Shown: one piece after another, positions 15,566 through 24,022 of the stretch | Layout of the letters: every line of letters begins with the position of its first letter | How positions within the stretch are numbered: position 1 is the first letter of the stretch | Virus record (IMG/VR): IMGVR_UViG_3300048929_000433 | Span: 1-64,000 of that record | DNA length: 64,000 nt | Reading direction: 5' to 3' (one strand) | Source: a virus | The notes under the pieces: generated by a model | What the model was told of the DNA's origin: nothing | Databases searched by the model: none | The model's input: the letters and a program-made list of their open reading frames with translations, nothing else | Translations under genes and position numbers: made by a program

Positions 15566-15768
15566 TGCGGCGGCCTCCCCTTGTCAGAGGCACACGCCAT
15601 CACAAAGTGATAGCCACACCCGGTGCACGTAACATCGAGATGCTCATCCGGTCCGCCGACATACTTGCATTCCATGTCCTCGAACTGGCATTTCAGACAG
15701 GCTTCCAAAAGCTTCCCGGAAAAATCATGCCGGTGCAGCTCGGTGCTCTCAGAACGGGACGTCTGCAT
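15562..15768 (-). CDS. hypothetical Cys-rich (zinc-ribbon-like) protein (68 aa)
   Basis: CLKC...CTGCG pattern. Confidence 0.5.
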   Translation of the reverse strand: MQTSRSESTELHRHDFSGKLLEACLKCQFEDMECKYVGGPDEHLDVTCTGCGYHFVMACASDKGRPPQ

Positions 15769-16294
15769 CGTCGTACTCCTTTCGATCCCACAGCGGTCCG
15801 CCCTGGCGCGCGCTCATCTCGCGCTCGACAACCGCCTGCGATTTAATGGTGGTGATCTTGCCTTCGGCGCCCTCATCGCGACGCGCGATGGCACCGTCGA
15901 TCAGGTAGTGCATGTTCCAGGCAAGCCGGACCATTTCCTTTGTCGACCAATCGCCGAGCGGCTTATCCCACGGCATACCCTTGAGATCGCCGAGCTTCGG
16001 CAGGATCGACTCCACCGCGCCAGCATCCCACGGCTCCGGGAAATACTGCGGCATCTCACGGATGGTCTTGTCGAAACTCTTGCTCTCGGCAATCGCATGC
16101 TGCGATTTGGTTTTGATCCAGCCGAACACCGCGCCCATCGCTATCCACATCCACTCGGTACTGGACAGTGATGAGATCGCGGCGCGCGGATTGATGCTCT
16201 CGGTCGCCTCGCGCGCGCCATCGATGGCGGCTTGGGATGCCTTCGCATCCCATTCCGCATCAAGACTGCGCAGCTTCTGAACGGGCGAGACCAT
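15749..16294 (-). CDS. hypothetical protein (181 aa)
   Basis: Track ORF. Confidence 0.65.
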   Translation of the reverse strand: MVSPVQKLRSLDAEWDAKASQAAIDGAREATESINPRAAISSLSSTEWMWIAMGAVFGWIKTKSQHAIAESKSFDKTIREMPQYFPEPWDAGAVESILPKLGDLKGMPWDKPLGDWSTKEMVRLAWNMHYLIDGAIARRDEGAEGKITTIKSQAVVEREMSARQGGPLWDRKEYDDADVPF

Positions 16295-16297
16295 GGC

Positions 16298-16900
16298 CTA
16301 GCCTCCGGTTGCCCACTTCGGCTTGCCGGTCGGCTGGCCCTGCTGCACCGTTGACGGTCCGCCCAATGTGCCAGCGATCGATCCCGCCGCCCGCGCCTCG
16401 CGCTGCACCTGCTCGACCTGAACCCAGGCCTTACGGTCCGGCGTAATCGCGGCATCGAGAACGTTCTTGTCCTTGAAGCCGGATCCCGACGGCGCCTTCT
16501 CGATCCCGACCTTGGCGACAAAACGAAGCCCGTCGAAATCGCCCCAGGATTCAATCCGTCGCGCCGCCACGGCCGCCTCGCTCTTGTCATCGGGCTTGAT
16601 GCCGCGGGCGCTTTCCATGATCGCGCGCAGCTGCGACGCCGAGATCTCCGCCGCCTTGGCGTGCCCCTCGCTGATGCCCTCCAGGGTGAACAGTTTCCAG
16701 AACTTGCGCTTGGCGAACGGTCCGTCGACCACGGTGAACTCAACGTCGAGGCCGTTGCTCTCGCCTTCCTTGGCACGCTTGAGCCAGCCGCCGTCACCGG
16801 TATTGCCGGGACGCACGGTCATATGAACGACGCATACGGTGCCGTCGTCGATCAAACCCATTTCACGCTGCGGAGGTGCTTGATTGAGATCGATAGCCAT
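16298..16900 (-). CDS. DUF669-like phage protein (200 aa; possible ssDNA-binding partner of the AAA_24 ATPase)
   Basis: Start MAIDLNQAPP at 16900, with AAAGGAG upstream. Sequence pattern and position next to the AAA_24 ATPase match the DUF669 family (recalled). Confidence 0.65.
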   Translation of the reverse strand: MAIDLNQAPPQREMGLIDDGTVCVVHMTVRPGNTGDGGWLKRAKEGESNGLDVEFTVVDGPFAKRKFWKLFTLEGISEGHAKAAEISASQLRAIMESARGIKPDDKSEAAVAARRIESWGDFDGLRFVAKVGIEKAPSGSGFKDKNVLDAAITPDRKAWVQVEQVQREARAAGSIAGTLGGPSTVQQGQPTGKPKWATGG

Positions 16901-16923
16901 AGTCACTTCTCCTTTGGTTTTGC

Positions 16924-17799
16924 TTAGGCTGCTTCGGTTGCGGTGGTGGTTGCGGGAAGGCTGTGATCGACCGGATGCCGCGGGATGCTGCTGGCGATCT
17001 TGGCGAGCAGCTTGTTGAGGTGCGGCTCCTCGATCTGGTCGAGCTTGCCGCTGCGGTCCTTGGCCGGGAATTTCCAGGGATTCGGTGAGTTGCAGACCAG
17101 GCAACGAACCTGTTCGCCGTCGCCGAAATCGATGAACTGCATCACCAACATTTCGTCGACGATGCCGGGCAATTCCTTGCCGGTCTTTGAGCCCTCGATC
17201 TGCAGATCCCAGGACGAAATGTTGAACTCATCCTTCGAGTATTCGAGGATGCCGATGAAGATGACATTCTTGTCGCGCGCATGCTGCAGATGGGTCAGCC
17301 AACCAATCATCTGGCGCCCCATCAGGCCGTAAGTGCCGAGCAGATTCTTTTTTCCGCGCTCGTTGAAACTCTCCGGCTGCTGTTCGCTCCAGCGGAAACA
17401 AAGCCGGCCGGCGACCGTGATCGAATCGATGAAGTACGTGCTGTATTTTTTCAGTGCGTCCGCGGTGCCGCCCATCGACTCCACCACGGCATCGTAATGC
17501 GCCTGGCTGTAACATTCGGTGGCTGGCAAGGATGGGTTTGGACCGCCGAGATAGCAGGCGAGATCGCGGCATTCATCCCAGGTCCGCGGCTGGAACGTGT
17601 CGACCTTGAGATCCCGCACGGCCAGATCGCCGGCTTCGAGATCGACGAACAGTGTACTGTCCGGATCCAGCGTGCGCAGCAGCGTCGTCTTGCCGACGCC
17701 GGCCGGCCCGGCAATCAACGCTTTGACGCCCTTGTCCTGCGCCATCCGCTCATCGGCGGTGATGATGCGCAGTCGTCGTGGCAGCAGCTCCATTTTCAT
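16924..17799 (-). CDS. AAA_24-type (Sak4-like) phage ATPase
   Basis: Walker A GPAGVGKTT near the N-terminus. Size and neighbourhood are typical for this family. Confidence 0.85.
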   Translation of the reverse strand: MKMELLPRRLRIITADERMAQDKGVKALIAGPAGVGKTTLLRTLDPDSTLFVDLEAGDLAVRDLKVDTFQPRTWDECRDLACYLGGPNPSLPATECYSQAHYDAVVESMGGTADALKKYSTYFIDSITVAGRLCFRWSEQQPESFNERGKKNLLGTYGLMGRQMIGWLTHLQHARDKNVIFIGILEYSKDEFNISSWDLQIEGSKTGKELPGIVDEMLVMQFIDFGDGEQVRCLVCNSPNPWKFPAKDRSGKLDQIEEPHLNKLLAKIASSIPRHPVDHSLPATTTATEAA

Positions 17800-17811
17800 T
17801 CTCCCTCTGGT

Positions 17812-18222
17812 TCAGGCTAGCTTCAACAGAACGCGGATCATTTCGAACGCGCTCGGCGGTTGATCCCCCAGCCCGTCGTCCATCGGCGAGTAGCCGTTAC
17901 GGATCCGCTCACGAATGATTGCGCTGTGGATCACCTCTCCCGCGGCGTGACGGGTATCGTCGTCGGCAGTGAGCAGCCAGTCCTGGCGCTCGATATATTC
18001 CGGCAGGTACATCACTTCCGGCAGCGTCAGATTGCGCAGGATGTTGGTCAGCGCCTTCCATTGGGTGGCGTAGATTCCGCTGGCCAGCGCTTCGGACTCA
18101 GCGCGTTTGCTGCGCTTGAAACGGCGCAGCTGCGTCGACTGATCGGCCATGGATTGCTCCATCGCCGTCAGTTTCCGTGGCGCTTGCTTCTCCGACTGCA
18201 CAATCTTGACGCGGCTAGACAT
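17812..18222 (-). CDS. hypothetical protein (136 aa)
   Basis: Track ORF. Confidence 0.6.
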   Translation of the reverse strand: MSSRVKIVQSEKQAPRKLTAMEQSMADQSTQLRRFKRSKRAESEALASGIYATQWKALTNILRNLTLPEVMYLPEYIERQDWLLTADDDTRHAAGEVIHSAIIRERIRNGYSPMDDGLGDQPPSAFEMIRVLLKLA

Positions 18223-18439
18223 CGTCCCTCCGCGCGACCTTGGAATAGAGATGGTCCTTGCAGATCTCGACCAGCGTCAGCGTCTGTCGTGACGACGTGA
18301 CGATTTCACAGATCGGCTTATGACTCTCCGTGAAGGCAACGATGTGCAGACCGCAGTTCGGATCGTCGCAGAACGCGGCTTCGAAGTGATGGGCCCGTGG
18401 CGTCTCCGGCCCTGGTCGCCAGTTGTCATCCCGCTTCAT
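18215..18439 (-). CDS. hypothetical protein (74 aa)
   Basis: Start MKRDDNW at 18439 forms an ATGA overlap with 18436..19020. Confidence 0.45.
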   Translation of the reverse strand: MKRDDNWRPGPETPRAHHFEAAFCDDPNCGLHIVAFTESHKPICEIVTSSRQTLTLVEICKDHLYSKVARRDDV

Positions 18440-19020
18440 AGCCGGCCTGCCAGCACCGAGCGCTCGACCTCGGTGAGATCCCACATTGCCAACACCAACC
18501 AAAGATCAGCCTTGCCAAGCCGGCGCAGCAGGAACGGATCGATTGGTGGCGCCTTGGTCCAGTCGGCCTCGAACAACACGAAATAGTTCTGCAGCGCGTG
18601 CTTCGGCCGCAGATGTAGCGGCGCCTGCGGCACCAACGATTCCGCGTTACGCCACACGCCACGGCCAGGCGCACCGAACGTTCCGGCCGGGAAATCGAAA
18701 GTGGAAGCTGAACCACCACGCCGGATGCCGCGGCCGATCTTCCGGCTCATCGCCATCGTGGCGGAACCGTTGTCCCGCATATTGAGATGACAGGTGTGAG
18801 CGTCGGCACGGGCCAGCGCGAGCTTCGGCAAACCCTTCTCATCGACGCCGGCAGTCGCCACCGACTCGATCGCCTTGATCACCAGCTTGCCCTGGGCGAG
18901 CTTCTGATAGGCCGCCAGACATTCGCGGTCGATCGGCGTCGAGTAGTGCTTATGCTTGAGGTATTGCTTGTAGAGATCACGCGCCTCATCGCGCGAGATA
19001 GTCACCGGGACGTGGTGCAT
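18436..19020 (-). CDS. hypothetical protein (194 aa)
   Basis: Track ORF. Confidence 0.65.
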   Translation of the reverse strand: MHHVPVTISRDEARDLYKQYLKHKHYSTPIDRECLAAYQKLAQGKLVIKAIESVATAGVDEKGLPKLALARADAHTCHLNMRDNGSATMAMSRKIGRGIRRGGSASTFDFPAGTFGAPGRGVWRNAESLVPQAPLHLRPKHALQNYFVLFEADWTKAPPIDPFLLRRLGKADLWLVLAMWDLTEVERSVLAGRL

Positions 19021-19021
19021 A

Positions 19022-19429
19022 TCAGGCTCCTACGGTTACGGTTGGTTTGAGCACGCCCCATCCGATCAGGACGGCGACGGCATCGGCGAGCGTGTTAGCA
19101 ACGGCGTAGTGGTGACCGAGCCGTTTGCACTTGGCGGCAAAGCCGAGCTGCTTATCCGAGACCCGGCCGCCTTTGCGTTTCTTCATCTCCAGCCAGAACG
19201 TGACGGCGTTCGGCATCAGGATCGCGAGATCCGGCGCACCGGCCGTCATGCCTTCGGCCTTCATCTTCTTACCCACCCGCCAGGAACGCCGGCCGGCGTT
19301 CGGAATTGCGATCACCGTCACGTCCGGATGAATCTTTCCGATCTCGATGATGCCAATCAGCTTGACCTGCAACGAGTGCTCGGATGGATTCCGCGGATCC
19401 TGATCGACCTGGCATGCCACTGCGATCAT
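19022..19429 (-). CDS. VRR-NUC domain nuclease (135 aa)
   Basis: IPNAGRR ... GAPDLAIL ... WLEMKKRKG ... motifs. Start MIAVACQ at 19429 (ATGA overlap). Confidence 0.8.
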   Translation of the reverse strand: MIAVACQVDQDPRNPSEHSLQVKLIGIIEIGKIHPDVTVIAIPNAGRRSWRVGKKMKAEGMTAGAPDLAILMPNAVTFWLEMKKRKGGRVSDKQLGFAAKCKRLGHHYAVANTLADAVAVLIGWGVLKPTVTVGA

Positions 19430-19776
19430 GAGCAGTACCCCTCGAAGATCAGGCTTTTCCAGATCGCTAACGGCCGCTGATGATTGCTTGGACGGGCCGA
19501 TCCATCGACGGTGTTGGTCTTTTCGCAATAGCCAAGCTTGGCGGCCTTGTTCATCACTGGCCCCAGCGCGCGCAGATCATGCGTCGTCGGTGCATCCTCG
19601 ATCTCGCTGTAGAGCAGCATGACGTCGTCGGTGGTGAAGGTCGGATGCGTTAGCGCGACGACGCGCGTCAGCTCCAGCATCAGATCTTTCCAGACCGGAT
19701 TGGCATTCAAGTCGACCTGGTCCATCGCGACAGTCTTGGCTTGCTTGGCCGCCTCGTAATCGAAAGTGTTGCTCAT
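19426..19776 (-). CDS. hypothetical protein (116 aa)
   Basis: Track ORF. Confidence 0.6.
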   Translation of the reverse strand: MSNTFDYEAAKQAKTVAMDQVDLNANPVWKDLMLELTRVVALTHPTFTTDDVMLLYSEIEDAPTTHDLRALGPVMNKAAKLGYCEKTNTVDGSARPSNHQRPLAIWKSLIFEGYCS

Positions 19777-20069
19777 GCTGCGATCTCCGCGCGCACGAGT
19801 CGGTAGGCGCCGCGCGTGCCGGCACCATCGCCACTGATCTGAACGTCGGTCCCCGCCAGCATGCAGTTGATCTGGTAAATGTGCTGGCGGATCGTGTTAC
19901 GGCTGATGGTCTCGTCATCGAGGTGAGCGATGATACCCTCGACGGTGATGCCGGGATGATTGCTGACGCAGTCATAAATCGCCGCCTTTTTGGCCGGCAG
20001 ATAAATGCCCTCGCGCAAACTCGACGGCAGCGGCTGCTTGCACCGCGGACATAGACCGACGCGACTCAT
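19773..20069 (-). CDS. putative winged-helix DNA-binding protein (98 aa)
   Basis: N-terminal CPRC, then ETISRNTIRQHIYQIN (OmpR/PhoB-like recognition-helix flavour). Confidence 0.5.
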   Translation of the reverse strand: MSRVGLCPRCKQPLPSSLREGIYLPAKKAAIYDCVSNHPGITVEGIIAHLDDETISRNTIRQHIYQINCMLAGTDVQISGDGAGTRGAYRLVRAEIAA

Positions 20070-20389
20070 AGTCCCTTCTCCCTTTCCAACAGTTGATCGG
20101 CGACGGCGCCGATGATGCTCAATGGATTGTTCTGAGAGTCGCGCGTGATGGCGTGCGCGATGCTCTCGACCAGGACTTCATGTTGAAAGTTGAGCGACAT
20201 CAGGATGGCGGCGTCGCGCGCCATCGCCTCGATCGCTTCGCCGGAACGGCCAGCTCCGATGAATACTTCGGAGATCCGGCCGGTCGAGAAACGTCCGAAC
20301 GAAACCAGGTGGCCACGCGTCAGGCCGCCCCATGGTAGTTCGAACGTTTCGCAACCCCGGCGTTGCGGCAATATCAGGCGCTCGGTCAC
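20066..20389 (-). CDS. hypothetical protein (107 aa, GTG start)
   Basis: GTG at 20389 overlaps the GcrA-like stop (GTGA), with GGAGG 6 nt upstream. Confidence 0.5.
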   Translation of the reverse strand: MTERLILPQRRGCETFELPWGGLTRGHLVSFGRFSTGRISEVFIGAGRSGEAIEAMARDAAILMSLNFQHEVLVESIAHAITRDSQNNPLSIIGAVADQLLEREKGL

Positions 20390-20898
20390 AGGCGCCTCCG
20401 CATCGGTACGTATTGCGTAGCGGGGATGTGCACCTTGCGATCGTGCCAGATGCAATAGGACGAACCTTCGACCTTCGGTTCGCTGCAACAGGCGAACGGG
20501 TAATCGTCATAGAGCCAGCGGCACAGGCTGATGTCCTGGCGAATGATCGGCAGCGTCGCCACCCGCAAATGGCTGCGGTCGACCTGGATCGAAGGTGGCC
20601 GGGCTGGCGCCGAAACCGCGACCGGTGACACGATGCCCGTGCGAGCGCGAGATGGTCGCGGCTTGTACTGCGGCTTCGGCAGCTCGCGAGATGGCAGCTT
20701 CAACCGGATAGCCTTACCGATCACCTGGTTGCGCGAGATCGGCACATCGAACTCGGCGCTGAGGATGGTGGCGATCTGGCGGGCGCTGTGCTGGGGGCGC
20801 AGCGCAATCAACCGCTCGGTCAATTCGGGCTTGGTGAGCCACGGCCCGCTGTCCTTGTTGCGGCTCCGGGGGTTGGTTCGGCGGCGATTTCGGGCCAT
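20386..20898 (-). CDS. gcrA: GcrA-family cell-cycle regulator homologue
   Basis: N-terminal HTH SARQIATILSAEFDVPISRNQVIGKAIRLKL and C-terminal CRW...ACC...GSSYCIWH, as in GcrA. Confidence 0.82.
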   Translation of the reverse strand: MARNRRRTNPRSRNKDSGPWLTKPELTERLIALRPQHSARQIATILSAEFDVPISRNQVIGKAIRLKLPSRELPKPQYKPRPSRARTGIVSPVAVSAPARPPSIQVDRSHLRVATLPIIRQDISLCRWLYDDYPFACCSEPKVEGSSYCIWHDRKVHIPATQYVPMRRRL

Positions 20899-21359
20899 TG
20901 ACTGTCCCTTTGCTTTTGCTTGTTTCTAGTAAACGTTGTAGTCGTTCTCGTTTTCTTCCCAAGGCAAAACTGCCTACATCGCGGACAGCCGACTGCGGCG
21001 CCACGCGAGTAGCTCGTCAAATTTCCACTTTGGATATTCGTCGTGAATCGGGAGTGGACGGACTGTTATCGAGCCCGTCGTGCAGGTCATGATGCCTGAT
21101 TGCGCGGATCTGCCAACCTAAAATTCAGGCAGGTACCATGTCGCGCTTTGTGAAAATCAGCTTAAACGACCTTTTGTGACACGTAGAAAACGAATGGCTA
21201 TGCTGTGTCTGCGACAATACGCGCAACGATTTGAAAAAATTGGAACGAGTCCAAACCTGGAAAATGAGACCGATAAGTCGGGTACCGGACACACCATCGC
21301 GCACTGAAATTCAAGGGTTTTTGGATAACATGTTCCCCAAAACCGGAGAAACTTTTTTA

Positions 21360-21389
21360 TTGACACGGAGTTATGCCCAAAATTATCGT
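21360..21389 (+). promoter_or_regulatory. sigma70-like promoter with T-rich UP-like element, facing right
   Basis: TTTTTTA-TTGACA-N18-TATCGT in the AT-rich switch region. Confidence 0.4.
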
Positions 21390-21760
21390 AGGCCGTAGAG
21401 ACGCGACCCCCCGGTATGGACGCCCGGCCGGCCGTAGGAAAGTTCAGAAGCTCTCAGAATTTCCTGGACGGAATGACATGGCTCGCGCGCGACCGCCGCC
21501 AAGTCAGCGGTGGAGTGCGTCCTGATGGATCCCTGCAAAGCCAAAGCAAAACATGACGAATTCTGCCTCGTGAGGGGTGGGATCCGAAGCCCGCTGTCTG
21601 CTGCATGGTCCGTGTGGTGGGCGGCGGGTTAGGGCTGGAGTAGAGGGGAATAAGTATGATGCGTAAACCGGAAATTGCGACAGAATCATTCTCCGAATTC
21701 GGTGCGATACATGCGCAGATTGCACATGCGCAAAATGCCCATGGGCAAAATGCGCAGTGG

Positions 21761-22210
21761 TTACTTCTTGACCAGTGCCTTTTCCTCAAGCTCCGCCAAT
21801 TCCTCAGCGTCGATCTTCTTGAGCGCCTCCTCGGCCTCGGCAATGGCGAGCATGATGTTGATGAAGAAATCCGCTTCCATCCTCGCCTCCAGGTAAGCGT
21901 CGTTGCCATAAACGCCGACATCCTCCTCGAAGATGAACGCGCCACGCTTCGCCAAGGAATTGATCCGGCGCCCCACCGTGCGGCGCGAGATGCCAGTGAA
22001 TCGTTCGAGCTGCTTGAGCGCGATCGGTGCATGGCCGTCCTCGTCATTGACTCGGATTGCCATCGAGATCAGCAAATCCGGAACGCATTCAGCGAGATCG
22101 TTGTGGCCGAAGTCCCGTGTCATTTCGCGAAAAATGGTCAGCGTCAATCGGGCCACGATAGCCGAACGGCGAGCCCGGCGATCCAGGGCGGGACTGCGGG
22201 GTTTACGCAT
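21761..22210 (-). CDS. putative winged-helix transcriptional regulator (149 aa)
   Basis: LKQLERFTGISRRTVGRRINSLAKRG (MarR/GntR-like wHTH) plus a C-terminal acidic coiled coil. Confidence 0.6.
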   Translation of the reverse strand: MRKPRSPALDRRARRSAIVARLTLTIFREMTRDFGHNDLAECVPDLLISMAIRVNDEDGHAPIALKQLERFTGISRRTVGRRINSLAKRGAFIFEEDVGVYGNDAYLEARMEADFFINIMLAIAEAEEALKKIDAEELAELEEKALVKK

Positions 22211-22400
22211 GATGTGTTTTCCCTCTGGTTGTGTGAGAGAGAAAACACCCTACTTTGCCATTTCTTCCTATGCGACAAAAAGACATTGTCCTTTGAGGCA
22301 ACAAGAGCGTCGCCACCGTAGCGACCCGATCCACTAACTACCGATAACAACAACAAAAAAACGCAGAGGCCACGATTCTGCGATCGATGGAGGCTGTGTG

Positions 22401-22664
22401 ATGACCATGACTGAAGAAGTTGAACGCGTCAGGGAGATGCTCACCGCGGAACAGGTGCTGGAGATGATCCCGATCAGCCGCACCACCCTATTCCGACTGG
22501 AGCGCGATGGCCTGTTTCCGCAAGGCCAAGCAATCACGCCGCATCGAAAACTCTGGTTCAAAGACGAAGTGATCGCCTGGCAGAAGGCGCTGCAGGATCC
22601 GAACTCCGAACTGTCGAAGGCGATCCGTGCGCGTGAGAAGCGAAAGGATAAGTCGGACGGATGA
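22401..22664 (+). CDS. AlpA/Xis-type helix-turn-helix protein (excisionase or transcriptional regulator)
   Basis: LTAEQVLEMIPISRTTLFRLERDGLFPQG..., typical of the AlpA/MerR-like Xis family. GGAGG lies 7 nt upstream of ATG 22401. Confidence 0.8.
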   Translation: MTMTEEVERVREMLTAEQVLEMIPISRTTLFRLERDGLFPQGQAITPHRKLWFKDEVIAWQKALQDPNSELSKAIRAREKRKDKSDG

Positions 22665-22754
22665 CAGTATTTCGGCGGCTGTGCGCCAACACAACCGCCG
22701 GATTAACAGCCGCAATTTGAATGCGGCGCAACGAGGGAACAAAGGAACCATACC

Positions 22755-23345
22755 ATGAAGATCTGTCGAGCGTACATCGAAAACATGCCGGGCAGCCCTT
22801 ACTCGCAGAGCGCGATGCACCGGACCGAAATGAAGGACCGGGAATCCCACGACGACTTTGATGAACGGACCTGGCTGGAGAAGTGCACCGTGAACTCGGA
22901 AGGGCACATCGCGATCCCGGCCATGGCTGCGAAGCAATGCGTTGATACAGCAGCGCAAAAGTTGGGAATGAAAATCCCCGGCCGCCGCGGCGCCACCTAC
23001 AAAAACTACTTCGCTTCTGGCGTGATCTCGCAGCGTGACATCGTTATTTCGGCCAACGGAAAGCCTCTGACCAAGACCGACGCCGAGAAGGTGGTGATCA
23101 ACGCCAACGCCGACGGTGTCCGCGGCAGCGGCAAGCGGGTGACCCGGCGCTTCCCGTCATTCCCAAAATGGAACGGGGTATTCGAGTTCCTAATCACCGA
23201 CGACATCATCACCACTGAGGTGTTCGAAACCCACGTCAAGGCCGGCGGCATCATTGTCGCGATCGGCCGCTTCCGCGCCGAGAAGGGCGGAACCAACGGC
23301 CGGTTCCTGGTGAAGAAATTCGAGTGGGAGGATTTCCAGCTGTGA
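22755..23345 (+). CDS. hypothetical protein (196 aa)
   Basis: Track ORF. Confidence 0.65.
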   Translation: MKICRAYIENMPGSPYSQSAMHRTEMKDRESHDDFDERTWLEKCTVNSEGHIAIPAMAAKQCVDTAAQKLGMKIPGRRGATYKNYFASGVISQRDIVISANGKPLTKTDAEKVVINANADGVRGSGKRVTRRFPSFPKWNGVFEFLITDDIITTEVFETHVKAGGIIVAIGRFRAEKGGTNGRFLVKKFEWEDFQL

Positions 23346-23486
23346 TTCTCAGCGCAGCACACCTCGCCTCCCCGCTCCGCCGCGCGCCGCATCGCGCCGC
23401 TCCGTACCGCTGCGCCCCGCATCACATTGCTGCGCTCCGCGTCTCGGCGCTTCGCTTCGCTCCGCAACTCAACGCAACGTCATTTT
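23346..23486 (+). repeat. single C-rich/G-poor module (short version of the 24023-25175 tract)
   Basis: No stop trinucleotide on the + strand. Contains the GCTCCGC motif (and a GCTCCGT variant) and ends in CAACGCAACGTCATTTTA. Confidence 0.75.
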
Positions 23487-23500
23487 AGGACAGATCGGAA

Positions 23501-24022
23501 ATGACCAAGACCTTCGAGCGATCAGAAATCACCGATACAATTGTTCGTTACCTAGCCGGCCATCCCAAGGGCAGCCGGGTCAGCTACGCCGACCTTTCCA
23601 GCCAGGCGGCCTGCGATATCCAGGCCGGCGACGGCCACCTCCAGTACGCTAAGAAGATCCTGGAAAAGGAACACCTGCAGGTATGGGTGGCCATCAAGCC
23701 TGGCGCCGGCATCAAGCGGTTGACCGACCGCGAGATCGCCGAGCGGATCCCGAACTGGCACCTCCGCGGCGCCCGCAACAAGCTGAAACGCGGCGATAAC
23801 GAAAGCCGCATTGTCGAGACGTCGCAGCTGTCGATCGATGAGCAGGCCCGCTTCTCGGTCAACTCGATCCAACAGCAGCTGGCGCTGCAGACCCTGTCTA
23901 AGTCGACGATGCAGCGCTTGGAAAAGGTCGCCCGCGGCAAGTCGAATGATTTGCCGGCCTTCAACGCGGTCGAATGGGCGTTCGCCCTGATGCCGCGCCG
24001 TCAGAAGGATGCCGGAAAATGA
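23501..24022 (+). CDS. hypothetical protein (173 aa)
   Basis: Track ORF. Confidence 0.65.
   Translation: MTKTFERSEITDTIVRYLAGHPKGSRVSYADLSSQAACDIQAGDGHLQYAKKILEKEHLQVWVAIKPGAGIKRLTDREIAERIPNWHLRGARNKLKRGDNESRIVETSQLSIDEQARFSVNSIQQQLALQTLSKSTMQRLEKVARGKSNDLPAFNAVEWAFALMPRRQKDAGK

Noticed and set aside
20924-20952. Early-promoter-like TTCTAG...ACGTTGTAGTCG upstream of the GcrA-like gene
   Set aside because: It has a -10-like box and part of the spacer, but the -35 position reads AACGAG. It was not counted among the 15 copies and is mentioned only as a degenerate relative.
21656-22321. 221-aa plus-strand ORF starting with a good RBS
   Set aside because: From 21761 onward it is antisense to the wHTH regulator gene. 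At most a short leader peptide could be real, and I cannot tell from sequence.
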